A stretch of DNA of 64,000 nucleotides from Thermodesulfobacteriota bacterium (lineage in GTDB: Bacteria; Desulfobacterota_D; UBA1144; Nemesobacterales; JAJCZQ01). The translations under genes were made by a program, and so were the position numbers. Location: positions 1,280,001-1,344,000 of the forward strand of contig CBDBDR010000017.1 in assembly GCA_965203965.1 (NCBI GenBank). The letters run 5' to 3'. The number at the start of each line of letters is the position of its first letter. Within the stretch, counting starts at the first letter, position 1. Under the pieces are notes generated by a model, which did no database searches, had not been told where the DNA came from, and saw nothing but the letters and a program-made list of their open reading frames with translations. This document shows positions 32,492-43,255 of the stretch, piece by piece.

Positions 32492-35170
32492 ATGCCTTCC
32501 AAGACCCTGTATCTTGTTGATGGTAGCTCTTATATATTCAGAGCCTATTATGCTATACGCCACCTGAGCACTTCTAAAGGCTTTCCCATAAATGCAGTTT
32601 ATGGTTTTACTTCAATGATGTTGAAGTTCATCAAGGATCATGACCCTGAATATGTTGCAATAGTTTTTGATTTTGGTGCCAAAACTTTCAGAAATGATAT
32701 TTACCCTCTTTATAAAGCAAATAGAGATGTTCCACCATCAGATCTGATACCGCAGTTTGATAAAATTTATGAAGTTGTTGAGGCTTTTTCTATGCCCCTT
32801 GTTAAGATTGAGGGATATGAAGCCGATGATCTGATGGGCACCATAGCAAAAGAGAACGAAGATAAGGGAATTGATATTGTGCTCGTCACGGGAGACAAGG
32901 ATTTTTGCCAGTTGGTATCGGACAGGATAAAACTCCTTGATACGATGAAGAACAAAATAACCGACAGGGATGAGGTAGTGAAAAAATTCGGCGTCGGACC
33001 CGAAAAGGTAATTGACGTTTTGGCTCTTGCAGGTGACCCGGTGGATAACATACCCGGGGTCAAAGGAATTGGAGAGAAAACCGCCTCAAAACTGATAGCT
33101 GAATTTGGATCTTTGGATGAACTTTACGGACGATTAGATTGTCTAAAAGGAAAACAGAGAAAAAACCTTGAGGAAAAGCAAGAGGATGCCTTTCTCAGCA
33201 AGAGGCTTGTTACAATTAAAACCGACGTGGATCTATGGGCGGACTATAAAAACTTCAAATATGATGGTTTTAGTAGTGAAAAATTGTCGGCTTTATTTAA
33301 TGAGTTCGAATTCAGGAATCTCAGGAAGGAACTGAAGGTAGACGGCACATTTGAAAAAAATGAAGTTACTCACGCGGGGCAATCCAATTACAGTCTTGTA
33401 TTATCCGCAGAAGAGTTAGATGCCGTTATTGAAAAAATATACAATACTGGGGAACTCTCTATTGATCTTGAAACCACTTCCCTTTGGGCAACGGTTGCCC
33501 AGATAGTTGGAATATCAATTACACCCACTCCCGATGAAGGGTTTTATATACCTGTTGGTCATAAAACTGAAGTAAAACAGCTAAGCACTGAGATCGTTTT
33601 GAGTAAATTGAAGCCTATACTTGAGGATTGGACTATAAAAAAGATCGGTCAGAACCTGAAATATGAAATTATTGTTTTCAGTAATTATGGAATAAATATG
33701 AGTGGGATTTATTTTGATACCATGCTTGCCTCACATTTGCTTGATTCATCTCGGCAAAGCTACAAGTTGGATAAACTTTCGCAGGTTTTTCTTGGCCACA
33801 CGATGATTTCTTACGATGACGTTACAAAAACGGGTAAGGACAGGCTGGAATTTGCAGATGTAAGTATTGAGGATGCTAGGGAATATTCGTGCGAGGATTC
33901 CGATGTATCAATGAAGCTCTACAAGATCTTGTATGATAAGCTGGTAGAAAGTGATCTTGAACACACTTTTTTTGAAAAGGTGATGAAAATAGTTCCCGTT
34001 CTCGCAAAAATGGAGATGAACGGTGTTTTAATAAAAAAAGAGATATTAAACCTTCTTTCAGAAGAGTTTCAGAAAGATCTGGAAGAGATAACCTGTACTA
34101 TTCACTCTCTTGCAGGTGGTGAGTTTAACATAGATTCACCTATTCAGCTCAGGGAGATTTTATTTGACAAACTTGGTTTGGAGATAAAGAAAAAAACTAA
34201 AACGGGCGAGCCTTCCACCGACCATGAAGTTCTTGTGGATCTCAGCAAGCACCACGATCTACCATTATCTGTCCTGAAGTACCGTGAACTCGCAAAACTC
34301 AAATCCACTTACATTGATTCACTACCTAGACTGGTAAATCCAAGGACCGGCAGACTACATACTTCCTACAACCCCGTTGGAACGTCCACAGGCAGGCTTA
34401 GCTCAAGCGATCCAAACTTGCAGAATATCCCCGTAAGGTCATTTGAGGGCAGAAAAATCAGAAAAGCGTTTGTTCCTGCCCAGGAATATATATTTCTGTC
34501 AGCAGACTATTCACAGATAGAACTTAGGCTTTTAGCCCATTTTTCTCAAGACGCAAAGCTAATAGCGACTTTTGCCAATGACGGTGATATACACGCGAAA
34601 ACCGCATCCGAAATATTTTCCGTGAGTGAGGATGAAGTAAGTAAAGACATGAGAAGATTGGCAAAGGATATAAATTTTGGGATAATTTACGGCATAAGTC
34701 CGTTTGGCTTATCAAAACGGCTTGGCATTACAGTTGCACAATCAAAAATATACATTGATGAGTATTTTAGCAGGTATCCAGCAGTGAAAAATTACATGCA
34801 AAACTCGGTGAGTGAAACACGTAGCAGGGGTTATGCAATGACGATTATCGGGAGACGCAGATCAATACCGCAACTCAGCTCCAAAAACCGCGCGCAAAGA
34901 GGTCTTGGAGAACGGGCTGCCATTAACACCCCCATACAAGGCTCGGCGGCCGATATTATAAACCTTGCGATGATAAATATTAACAGGGAAATAAGAAGTT
35001 CGCACTGCAAAATGATATTGCAGGTCCATGACGAATTAATATTTGAGATCAGAGAGGAAGCCGTTCAGGGCTTCAAAGGTAAAATAAAAACGGAGATGGA
35101 AAACGCATACCGACTTAGTGTCCCGTTAAAGGTTGATATGGCAGAGGGCAATAACTGGGCAGAGGTGTAG
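32492..35170 (+). CDS. polA: DNA polymerase I
   Basis: 5'-3' exo LVDGSS, 3'-5' exo DLETT, polymerase ADYSQIELR and QVHDEL. Confidence 0.98.
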   Translation: MPSKTLYLVDGSSYIFRAYYAIRHLSTSKGFPINAVYGFTSMMLKFIKDHDPEYVAIVFDFGAKTFRNDIYPLYKANRDVPPSDLIPQFDKIYEVVEAFSMPLVKIEGYEADDLMGTIAKENEDKGIDIVLVTGDKDFCQLVSDRIKLLDTMKNKITDRDEVVKKFGVGPEKVIDVLALAGDPVDNIPGVKGIGEKTASKLIAEFGSLDELYGRLDCLKGKQRKNLEEKQEDAFLSKRLVTIKTDVDLWADYKNFKYDGFSSEKLSALFNEFEFRNLRKELKVDGTFEKNEVTHAGQSNYSLVLSAEELDAVIEKIYNTGELSIDLETTSLWATVAQIVGISITPTPDEGFYIPVGHKTEVKQLSTEIVLSKLKPILEDWTIKKIGQNLKYEIIVFSNYGINMSGIYFDTMLASHLLDSSRQSYKLDKLSQVFLGHTMISYDDVTKTGKDRLEFADVSIEDAREYSCEDSDVSMKLYKILYDKLVESDLEHTFFEKVMKIVPVLAKMEMNGVLIKKEILNLLSEEFQKDLEEITCTIHSLAGGEFNIDSPIQLREILFDKLGLEIKKKTKTGEPSTDHEVLVDLSKHHDLPLSVLKYRELAKLKSTYIDSLPRLVNPRTGRLHTSYNPVGTSTGRLSSSDPNLQNIPVRSFEGRKIRKAFVPAQEYIFLSADYSQIELRLLAHFSQDAKLIATFANDGDIHAKTASEIFSVSEDEVSKDMRRLAKDINFGIIYGISPFGLSKRLGITVAQSKIYIDEYFSRYPAVKNYMQNSVSETRSRGYAMTIIGRRRSIPQLSSKNRAQRGLGERAAINTPIQGSAADIINLAMININREIRSSHCKMILQVHDELIFEIREEAVQGFKGKIKTEMENAYRLSVPLKVDMAEGNNWAEV

Positions 35171-35183
35171 TAAAAAGCTATTT

Positions 35184-36593
35184 GTGAACAGGGCATATAG
35201 AGTTTTATTATTTGTTATTGTTATTATATTTCCGCTACCGGGATATTGCTTTACTGATCACCAAAGCAGTTTCGCCAATTTAATACCTCGCGGTGCACTT
35301 AAAAATGGCAAGTTAGGCGTTTACGTGAAATCCGTTAAAAGCGACCTTGTTATTTTTCACCACAATGGGAGTAAAAATTTTATTCCCGCCTCAAACAACA
35401 AGTTGATAACTTCTTATGCTGCTCTCTCTCTGCTTAGAAAAAATTACAGGTTCAAAACGGAGTTTTATTCAAGGTCAGGCATCCATAAAGGGGTGATAGA
35501 CGGAGGGTTATACGTAAAAGCGTATGGAAATCCAAGTATAACTACCAATGATCTGGCGGATATTGCAAAGAAAATGAGATCAATGGGACTCAAGCAGATA
35601 AAAGGCAACTTATATCTTGATGGAACGTATTTTGACGACGTGCAATATGCCCACGGCTGGAAAGTTGAGTGGAAGGGAAGTTATTACTGTCCTCCAATTG
35701 ATGCTTTTGTTCTGAATTACAACACCGTAAAAGTGGTTGTAATTCCGTCCCGTCCCGGCAATATGCCATCAGTGAAAATTGTTCCAGAACATTATAAGTT
35801 GAACATAAATAACAAAGCTGTGACCACTGAACGTTTGAAGAGCAAACTATCGGTTGATATAGACCCAGATGGGAAGGTAATTAACGTAAACGGCACAATA
35901 AACTATAGGGATGAAGAAAAGGCTACTGACGTCTCAGTTTTGGATCCAGAGGAATATTTCGGTTTGGTATTGAAAAGACTGTTCATTGCAGAAGGAATAG
36001 AGTTTGAAGGGAATATCTATGCAAAGAAAGTCCCAGAATCATACGACGCTTTTTATGTTCATCACTCCGATCCATTGTGGGAAATTATCAGTGAGTTCAA
36101 TAAGGATAGCGTTAATATTATCGGTGAGTCGCTGGTGAAAATACTGGGCGCAGAGTACACCGGAAAGACGGGAACTTGGAAAAGAGGTTCTGCTGTAATT
36201 CGGAAATTTATGCAGGAACAGGGCATTGGCGGCAACATGGAAATATCAGATGGTTCTGGGTTGTCGTTTGCCAATAAAGTATCTCCGAAAGTGCTTGCAG
36301 AGATCTTGTCTCGCACATACAGTGAATCTGATTTTTTTTATGAATTTTTATCATCCCTGCCGGCGGCAGGAATTGACGGTACTTTGAAAAAGAGGTTCAG
36401 AAATTCACTAATTGAAGGGCGTGTAGTTGCAAAAACAGGTTACCTAAAGAACATTAGGGCACTGTCGGGTTATGTTTTTGCAAGGAGTGGAAATATATTG
36501 GTATTCTCCATTCTTTCTGATGGACTTGACGATGAAGTGAAAGATTTTCAAGAGGATCTCCTTGTTAAATTGCTTGATTGCTGCAACTGGTAA
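35184..36593 (+). CDS. dacB: D-Ala-D-Ala carboxypeptidase/endopeptidase (PBP4, peptidase S13)
   Basis: PASNNK (SxxK), SVN, DGSGLS and AKTG motifs; GTG 35184 precedes a signal peptide. Confidence 0.9.
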   Translation: MNRAYRVLLFVIVIIFPLPGYCFTDHQSSFANLIPRGALKNGKLGVYVKSVKSDLVIFHHNGSKNFIPASNNKLITSYAALSLLRKNYRFKTEFYSRSGIHKGVIDGGLYVKAYGNPSITTNDLADIAKKMRSMGLKQIKGNLYLDGTYFDDVQYAHGWKVEWKGSYYCPPIDAFVLNYNTVKVVVIPSRPGNMPSVKIVPEHYKLNINNKAVTTERLKSKLSVDIDPDGKVINVNGTINYRDEEKATDVSVLDPEEYFGLVLKRLFIAEGIEFEGNIYAKKVPESYDAFYVHHSDPLWEIISEFNKDSVNIIGESLVKILGAEYTGKTGTWKRGSAVIRKFMQEQGIGGNMEISDGSGLSFANKVSPKVLAEILSRTYSESDFFYEFLSSLPAAGIDGTLKKRFRNSLIEGRVVAKTGYLKNIRALSGYVFARSGNILVFSILSDGLDDEVKDFQEDLLVKLLDCCNW

Positions 36594-37393
36594 AAATTAT
36601 TTGCAAGTTTTATAAACTCCTCTGTACCAAGCGTTTCCGCTCTTCTTTTTCCATCAATACCCGATACGTTGAGACACTTTTCAATGCACTCTTTTTCAAA
36701 GGTGGATCTTAACGAATTGCCTATCATCTTCCTTTTTAAGGAAAAAGATGCCCTGACGATATTTTTATACAGCAGATGGTCAATTATTTTTTCCCTGTAT
36801 TTTGTTATAGGTTTCAACTTCAAAACGATTGAATCAACTTTGGGTTTAGGTTTAAATGCCGAAGCTGAAACCGTGCAAACTTTTCTTATTTCAAAGTAAG
36901 TTTGTGAAATTACGGAAAGAGACCCATAGACCCTGACCCCCGATTTTGACTTTATTCTTTCTCCAACTTCTTTTTGAACCATGATCACTATGTTTGAAAA
37001 TATACTACTGTTCTCAATAAGAATTGATAAAACAGGAGACGTGATGTTATACGGAAGATTGGATATAAATTTGAGACCCTTATTGTTTTTGAAATTTTTA
37101 ATGTCTGTCTTTAAAACGTCCTCATTGATAATTTTAATATTGTCAAAGCCTGCAAATTTATTCTCCAGTTTGTTGCAGAGTCTTGTATCTTTTTCCACTG
37201 CATAGAGAAGGTTTGCCTTTTCTATGATCTTTTCTGTTAAGATCCCGTGTCCCGGTCCAACCTCTATAACGGTATCATCACTGCTTAATTCCGCGGCTTT
37301 GCATATCTTACTTACAACTAAATGGTCTTTAAGAAAGTTCTGTCCTAGTTTTTTTGTGGGTTTGAAGGGTTGGATTTTAATGGGTTCCTGCAC
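36548..37393 (-). CDS. rsmA: 16S rRNA m6,2A dimethyltransferase
   Basis: KKLGQNFL, EVGPG, SNLPYNI and RRAETL motifs. Confidence 0.96.
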   Translation of the reverse strand: MQEPIKIQPFKPTKKLGQNFLKDHLVVSKICKAAELSSDDTVIEVGPGHGILTEKIIEKANLLYAVEKDTRLCNKLENKFAGFDNIKIINEDVLKTDIKNFKNNKGLKFISNLPYNITSPVLSILIENSSIFSNIVIMVQKEVGERIKSKSGVRVYGSLSVISQTYFEIRKVCTVSASAFKPKPKVDSIVLKLKPITKYREKIIDHLLYKNIVRASFSLKRKMIGNSLRSTFEKECIEKCLNVSGIDGKRRAETLGTEEFIKLANNFYQLQQSSNLTRRSS

Positions 37394-37398
37394 AGGGG

Positions 37399-37668
37399 CT
37401 AATTATCAAACTTGTATATTTTCTCGCCTTCTTTTATCATGCCAAGCTCTTCACGAATCACCTTTTCAACGTATCTTTTATCGCCTTTCATATATTGGAT
37501 TTCCTTTCTGTGTTTTTCATTTTGGACTGTGAGTTTATCTATTCTTTCAAGCATAGCTTCATTTTCATCTCTCAAGTAATTCAACTGAGATATTTCTTTA
37601 GCAAAGATATACATGATAAAAACTATGACGCTTAAGATCAACACGCTGCGAGTTATTTTTTTATACAT
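37399..37668 (-). CDS. Septum formation initiator (FtsB/DivIC family)
   Basis: TM helix plus coiled coil and EKVIREELGMIKEGE. Confidence 0.85.
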   Translation of the reverse strand: MYKKITRSVLILSVIVFIMYIFAKEISQLNYLRDENEAMLERIDKLTVQNEKHRKEIQYMKGDKRYVEKVIREELGMIKEGEKIYKFDN

Positions 37669-37677
37669 GGCACCAAG

Positions 37678-38328
37678 CTATAAATTAAAGATCTCCCTGC
37701 TGAAAAAAGGGTTTGATCCTTTTTCAATGCCAATAGTAGTTGATGGCCCGTGTCCCGGAAATACGTTGTAGAGATCTGGCAATACAAACAGCTTTGTTTT
37801 TATAGAACCAAGCAACTCTTCCATACTGGTTCCTCCGGTCAGATCAACTCTGCCAATGCTTCCTGCAAACAAAGTATCGCCTGCAATGACGTTATCCTCG
37901 ATTACAAGGCATATATGTCCCCACGAGTGTCCCGGCACAAGAAGGATTTCTGCTTCCAGATTGCCGATCTTTATTTTATCTCCCTCTTCCACGTAATGAT
38001 CAACTTCAGGCTTTACAATATGCGAGAACTGGGGCCATCTTTGGCATGCTTCCGGTAGGGCATCCAGAACGGGCTGATCCTTTTTGTGTATGTAAAAAGG
38101 TATTCCCAATTCTTTTTTGGCAATTTCCACTCCTGCCACGTGGTCAAGGTGGTTGTGTGTATTTACTATTTTTGATATGTTGAGCCCAGATTTTTTAACC
38201 TGTTCCAGTATATCGTCAATTTGTTCGCCGGGATCAATCAGTATCCCTTCGTTTGATCCTTCATCACCAATTATGTAGGCATTTTCCACAAACATTCCGC
38301 CAGTAATACATTGTATTATCATTTTCAC
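37678..38328 (-). CDS. MBL-fold metallohydrolase (YcbL/GloC-like)
   Basis: THNHLDHVAG, PGHS, GDTLF and PGHG motifs. Confidence 0.9.
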   Translation of the reverse strand: MKMIIQCITGGMFVENAYIIGDEGSNEGILIDPGEQIDDILEQVKKSGLNISKIVNTHNHLDHVAGVEIAKKELGIPFYIHKKDQPVLDALPEACQRWPQFSHIVKPEVDHYVEEGDKIKIGNLEAEILLVPGHSWGHICLVIEDNVIAGDTLFAGSIGRVDLTGGTSMEELLGSIKTKLFVLPDLYNVFPGHGPSTTIGIEKGSNPFFSREIFNL

Positions 38329-38615
38329 CTCTGGTTTTGATCTATTATACTGAAAGAGCAGAACTCCCCTGATGATTGTAAGTGATTGAGATCCACGTTT
38401 GTTACCAATGCGTTTGGTGGTCCGGTTTTACACCATTCCAGAAACCTTTTCAGGGTTTCTTTCTCACCTTCAACCTGAATTTCCACCGAACCATCGCTAA
38501 GGTTTCTTACCCATCCATTGAGCCCCAACTTATCCGCCTGCTCCTTTGCTGAAGCTCTGAAGAAAACTCCCTGAACTTTCCCCTCTATGAACAGGTGAGC
38601 TTTTTCGGTCTTCAT
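38325..38615 (-). CDS. acyP: Acylphosphatase
   Basis: GKVQGVFFR and GWVRNLSDGSVE motifs. Confidence 0.94.
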   Translation of the reverse strand: MKTEKAHLFIEGKVQGVFFRASAKEQADKLGLNGWVRNLSDGSVEIQVEGEKETLKRFLEWCKTGPPNALVTNVDLNHLQSSGEFCSFSIIDQNQR

Positions 38616-38798
38616 TACAGGTCTGATGTTACCAAAGCTCAATTTTGGTGTCAAATTGCATTATCAATAGAAGGATTATAATACTCATGTAAAATATAAA
38701 AATGGTTAAAGTTATACTTAGTAGATAGAGATGTTGAGAGGTTTGTTTGTAAGGACTTTTATGAATTGAAACCCGTCTTTATAAACAGGGAGGTTATT

Positions 38799-39524
38799 AT
38801 GAGATCTTTTATTATCGTTGGAAGAAAGCAAACAGCTTTTACCGTTTTACTTTTATTTTTACTGATCGGTTTTAGTTTTAGCTGTGGGGATGATGATAAT
38901 TCTCCGATTGTGGACAGAATTATGGACAGAGATGAGGACTGCCCCATGACGGCTAACTATCAAGTAACCTTTACTTCACTTTGGACTGAGAACTCTCACG
39001 GTTCCACACCGCCATTTCCAACAGGTGCACATTTTACCAACATGGTTGGGGCAACACACAGTTCAGACGTTACTTTTTGGGAAAGTGGAGAGCTCGCTTC
39101 TCCTGGGATTGAACTTGTGGCTGAACTTGGTATATCCAGAATGCTTAATGAAGAGATAGACGCTGAAATGGAAGCTAAATATATTAGTGGTAGAGGAATT
39201 GGTGGGTTACCAAGTTCAAATCCAGTTACATTCTCTTTTGACACTAATGAAGATTTTCCTCTATTGACCCTAGTTTCCATGATCGCTCCCAGCCCGGATT
39301 GGTTTGTCGGTGTTAATAGTCTTGAATTAAGGCAAGATGATGGTTGTTGGCAAGAGATGATCCAGAGAGAGCTAAGGGGTTATGATGCTGGAACAGAGAC
39401 AGGGACAACGTTTAGTCTTGATAACCCTCCTCAATCACCACAGGAGTTTATTGGTGAGATAACTGCTCTTCCTGAAAGTTTCAGGGACATGCCTTTTGCG
39501 ACTCTTACTATTGAACTACAATAG
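38799..39524 (+). CDS. Spondin_N-domain lipoprotein
   Basis: Lipobox-like FSFSC after a hydrophobic stretch; SMIAPSPDWFVG and YDAGTE spondin motifs. Confidence 0.82.
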   Translation: MRSFIIVGRKQTAFTVLLLFLLIGFSFSCGDDDNSPIVDRIMDRDEDCPMTANYQVTFTSLWTENSHGSTPPFPTGAHFTNMVGATHSSDVTFWESGELASPGIELVAELGISRMLNEEIDAEMEAKYISGRGIGGLPSSNPVTFSFDTNEDFPLLTLVSMIAPSPDWFVGVNSLELRQDDGCWQEMIQRELRGYDAGTETGTTFSLDNPPQSPQEFIGEITALPESFRDMPFATLTIELQ

Positions 39525-39578
39525 TAAGAACTTATAGCTTGAACAGTTGTTTTTGTTTTGGCATGGGTTGCTATGCTA

Positions 39579-40649
39579 TCAAGCCACGGTGATTTTTCTT
39601 TCCAGATAAACGTTCTGAATTGAATTTAGGATCGCTATACCTTCGTCTATTGGTTTTTGAAAGACTTTTCTGCCTGATATAAGACCCATGCCACCGGCTC
39701 TTTTATTTATAATTGCGGTTTTTACGGCGTCAGCCAGATCGTTGTTGCCCGATGCACCGCCGGAGTTTATCAAACCCGACCTTCCCATGTAGCAGTTTAT
39801 GACCTGATAGCGGTTTAAGTCTATTGGATGTTCTGAACTCAATTTCGAGTAAACTTTTTCATCTGTTTTTCCGAAATTGATTGCCTGAAAACCGCCATTG
39901 TTCTCTGCCAGTTTCTGCTTGACAATATCGGCTTGAATGGTTGCCGAAAGATGATTTGCCTGTCCCTCCAAGTCGGCAGACAGGTGATGATCGACTCCGT
40001 CTTTTTTGAATGCTGAGTTTCTCAGGTAAGCCCATAGTATTGTTACAAGTCCAAGGCTGTGTGCATAACGAAAGGCTTCCGAAACTTCCTGTATCTGCCT
40101 TGAGCTTTCCGCGGAGCCAAAGTAAATAGTTGCCCCTACTGCAACTGCACCCATTTCAAATGCCTGATCAACATTTGCAAACATGATCTGGTCTGCTTTG
40201 TTTGGATAGGAGAGAAGCTCATTGTGGTTGATCTTTAGAATAAAAGGTATTTTGTGTGCGTATTTTCTTGCCACCGAGCCAAGCGTGCCTAGTGATGAAG
40301 CGACTGCATTACATCCCCCATCTATTGCCAATTTTACTATGTTTTCAGGGTCAAAATAAATGGGATTTGGTGCAAATGACGCACCGCCTGAATGCTCAAT
40401 TCCCTGATCAACGGGTAAGATTGACATGTAGCCACTGCCTTTTAGCCTGCCGGTATTGAATATAGTCTGTAAGTTCCTAAGAACGGTTACCGGTCTGTCC
40501 GTGGGAATAAACACTCTGTCAACAAAATCCTTACCGGGAAGGTGAAGCTGGTCTTTGGTAACGGTCTTGCATTGGTGATATAGAAGGTAATCTGCCTCGT
40601 TTCCCAGAAGCTCGCTTATTTTATCCATACCTTTAACAGGCTTAATCAT
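39579..40649 (-). CDS. fbaB: Class I fructose-bisphosphate aldolase
   Basis: [23 protein letters not shown] and GLISGRK motifs; AGGAG before ATG 40649. Confidence 0.95.
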   Translation of the reverse strand: MIKPVKGMDKISELLGNEADYLLYHQCKTVTKDQLHLPGKDFVDRVFIPTDRPVTVLRNLQTIFNTGRLKGSGYMSILPVDQGIEHSGGASFAPNPIYFDPENIVKLAIDGGCNAVASSLGTLGSVARKYAHKIPFILKINHNELLSYPNKADQIMFANVDQAFEMGAVAVGATIYFGSAESSRQIQEVSEAFRYAHSLGLVTILWAYLRNSAFKKDGVDHHLSADLEGQANHLSATIQADIVKQKLAENNGGFQAINFGKTDEKVYSKLSSEHPIDLNRYQVINCYMGRSGLINSGGASGNNDLADAVKTAIINKRAGGMGLISGRKVFQKPIDEGIAILNSIQNVYLERKITVA

Positions 40650-40864
40650 GTTTATCTCCTTGTTCATTCCCCCGTGCGTGTTTTATCACGGACGGATAAG
40701 ACAAAAACAGGTTATCATAAAAAGAGTCAAAGAATAAATGTGTTGGAGAAGTTCAACTTGAGAGAGTTGCAGGACAAATTGCTCAGTGATTTGATTGCCA
40801 TATCAGGAAAAGTAACTTTCTCTGTTGGGAAACATGTATTTAAGTCTTTCATCAAAAGACTTTT

Positions 40865-42067
40865 TCAGCAACTCTTATCATTAAGCACGGCAATACCGGG
40901 CAGATCATTTCCACCCAGAAATTCCATAGATGCACCGCCGCCGGTTGAGATGTGGCTAATTTCAAGGTCAAGCACTTCCGCATTTCTCATTGCGGCAATG
41001 GTGTCCCCTCCTCCTACAACTGTTGTGGCACCTCTCCACGTGGCAAGTGCGATTGATCTTGCAATGTGAGTTGTGCCAGAAGAAAAATCCTCAACTTCAA
41101 ATAGTCCCATGGGTCCATTCCAGAAGATCGTGCCATTTCCTCTGATAAGCGATGAGTAGTTATTCACGGTTTTGGGACCAATATCAAAACCCTGATAGTG
41201 TTCGGGTATTTCATTGTCAATTACAACTGAAGTCTGCCTGTTCTCAAAACTCTCCGAAACAATATGGTCAACCGGCAATGATATTTTACTTCCAAAAGTT
41301 TCAAGTGCCTCTTTTGCCCATGGTATCATCTCGTCTTCACAGATTGAGGTGCCGATTGAAATGCCTTTTGCTTTGAGAAAAGTGTAAGCAACGCCACCAC
41401 CTAACAGAACATGATCGGCTTTTTCTATCAGGTTTTTCAATGCACCGATCTTGTCCTTTACTTTAGCTCCCCCAACTATTACAACATAGGGTCTCATTGG
41501 ATTATCAAGCAGTGAGCCTAAAAATCTTATTTCACGGTCAACAAGAAAACCCGCGAGTTTTTTTTTGAAGTTTAGTGCCATACCATGAGTTGAAGCATGG
41601 GCTCTGTGTGAAGTGCCAAAGGCATCATTGACGTAAATATCAGCCAATGAGGCGAGTTTTTTTGAAAAATCACGGTCGTCATTTTTTTCTTCAATATGAA
41701 ATCTGGTATTTTCAAGAAGCATTACGTCGCCGTTTTTGAGTTCCTTAATTTCATCTTCAACCTCTTTGCCAATGACCTTACCGACAAATTTTACATCCTT
41801 TCCCAGAAGCTCCATTAGTCTCAATGCAATGGGACGAAGCGAGAGATTTGGTATATAATTCCCGTTGGGTCTGCCCAGATGAGAAGCAAGAATAACCTTT
41901 GCACCTTTTTCCACTAGAAAATCAATTGTGGGAACTGTTCGCCGAATTCTGTAATCCTCGCGGATCCTGCTGTTTTTAATTGGGACGTTAAAATCAACCC
42001 TGACAAATACTCTCTTTCCACTTATTTCAGAATCGGGAAGGTCGTATATGACTGATTTATTTATCAA
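40865..42067 (-). CDS. pgk: Phosphoglycerate kinase
   Basis: RVDFNVP, SHLGRP, LLENTRF and STGGGAS motifs; probable TTG start overlapping the gap stop. Confidence 0.96.
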   Translation of the reverse strand: MINKSVIYDLPDSEISGKRVFVRVDFNVPIKNSRIREDYRIRRTVPTIDFLVEKGAKVILASHLGRPNGNYIPNLSLRPIALRLMELLGKDVKFVGKVIGKEVEDEIKELKNGDVMLLENTRFHIEEKNDDRDFSKKLASLADIYVNDAFGTSHRAHASTHGMALNFKKKLAGFLVDREIRFLGSLLDNPMRPYVVIVGGAKVKDKIGALKNLIEKADHVLLGGGVAYTFLKAKGISIGTSICEDEMIPWAKEALETFGSKISLPVDHIVSESFENRQTSVVIDNEIPEHYQGFDIGPKTVNNYSSLIRGNGTIFWNGPMGLFEVEDFSSGTTHIARSIALATWRGATTVVGGGDTIAAMRNAEVLDLEISHISTGGGASMEFLGGNDLPGIAVLNDKSC

Positions 42068-43070
42068 GACTTTTCCCCACGATCTCAACCAGATCCACCA
42101 CTCTTGCGGAATAGCCGTATTCATTGTCATACCAGGCTATTACCTTTACAAGATCGTCTTTAACGACTGACGTAAGTTCTGCATCATAGACCGCAGAGTG
42201 TGTGTCGCCAATAAGGTCTGAAGAAACCAGTGGTTCGTCAAGGTATCTTAAATATTTTTTCAATTCACCTTCTGATGATTGCTTGAATTTCTCATTTATC
42301 TCATCAATGGAGCTTTTTTTACCAAGCTCACAGGTGAAGTCAACCACTGAAACGTTCGGAGTAGGCACCCTTAGAGCAATTGCTTCCAGTTTGCCTTTTA
42401 ACTCGGGGAATACGAGTTGAATGGCACTTGCCGCACCGGTGCTTGTAGGAATAATTGAAAGTGCAGCAGAACGAGCCCTTCTGAGATCTGAATGAGGAGC
42501 ATCAAGGATTCTCTGGTCATTCGTGTAGGAGTGAACGGTTGTCATCTGTCCTCTTTTGATCTTAAAATTTTCATGCAGAACTTTGACAAGCATGCTGAAA
42601 CAGTTTGTAGTGCATGAGGCGTTGGATATTATGTGGTCTTCATCCGGTTTATAATCACCGTCATTAACTCCCATAACAACTGAGAAATCAACCTTTCCCT
42701 TAGCAGGTGCAGTGATTATTACTTTTCGTGTGGATTTGCCGAGGTGCATGGCGGCTTGCTCGCGGGTTCTGAAAATTCCCGTTGATTCTACTATGGCTTC
42801 CGTTCCTACCTCGCTCCATCCTATCTGTTTCGGGTCCCTTTCGGAAAATACTCTGATAGGTTTTCCGTCAATAATTATATTTTTCCCGTCAACTTCTATC
42901 TCACCTTTGTATGTGCCAAAAACCGAATCATATTTGAAAAGATGAGCCAGCGTTTTTGCATCTGATACATCATTAATTCCAACAAACTCTAACCCCGGTC
43001 TTTTAAGACCAATTCTAAGCACATGCCTGCCTATGCGGCCAAAACCATTTATCCCTACTTTTAAGGGCAT
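42057..43070 (-). CDS. gap: Glyceraldehyde-3-phosphate dehydrogenase (type I)
   Basis: INGFGRIGR, SNASCTTNC and WYDNE motifs. Confidence 0.97.
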   Translation of the reverse strand: MPLKVGINGFGRIGRHVLRIGLKRPGLEFVGINDVSDAKTLAHLFKYDSVFGTYKGEIEVDGKNIIIDGKPIRVFSERDPKQIGWSEVGTEAIVESTGIFRTREQAAMHLGKSTRKVIITAPAKGKVDFSVVMGVNDGDYKPDEDHIISNASCTTNCFSMLVKVLHENFKIKRGQMTTVHSYTNDQRILDAPHSDLRRARSAALSIIPTSTGAASAIQLVFPELKGKLEAIALRVPTPNVSVVDFTCELGKKSSIDEINEKFKQSSEGELKKYLRYLDEPLVSSDLIGDTHSAVYDAELTSVVKDDLVKVIAWYDNEYGYSARVVDLVEIVGKSLDK

Positions 43071-43255
43071 AAAACTCCCTCCTAGAATATTTTCCTATCT
43101 ATATTTTAAGAAAGTCTAACTTACCTTTTGCCAAATATGCAGTCAAGACGTCAGCTAAACATTAACTTAAGCTAACATTATTTGAGCCGATGGATAATTG
43201 ATAACCTTAGTGGGGGGCTTGTATTTATACGTTTGAACGGATATTTTGAATTGTT

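Noticed and set aside
36548..36593. Convergent dacB/rsmA 46-nt overlap as a regulatory system
   Set aside because: Short tail-to-tail overlaps are common in compact genomes, and there is no further signal.
40674..41069. 131-aa plus-strand ORF and the many other short ORFs overlapping housekeeping genes
   Set aside because: They are antisense or out-of-frame to well-supported genes and have no recognisable motifs.
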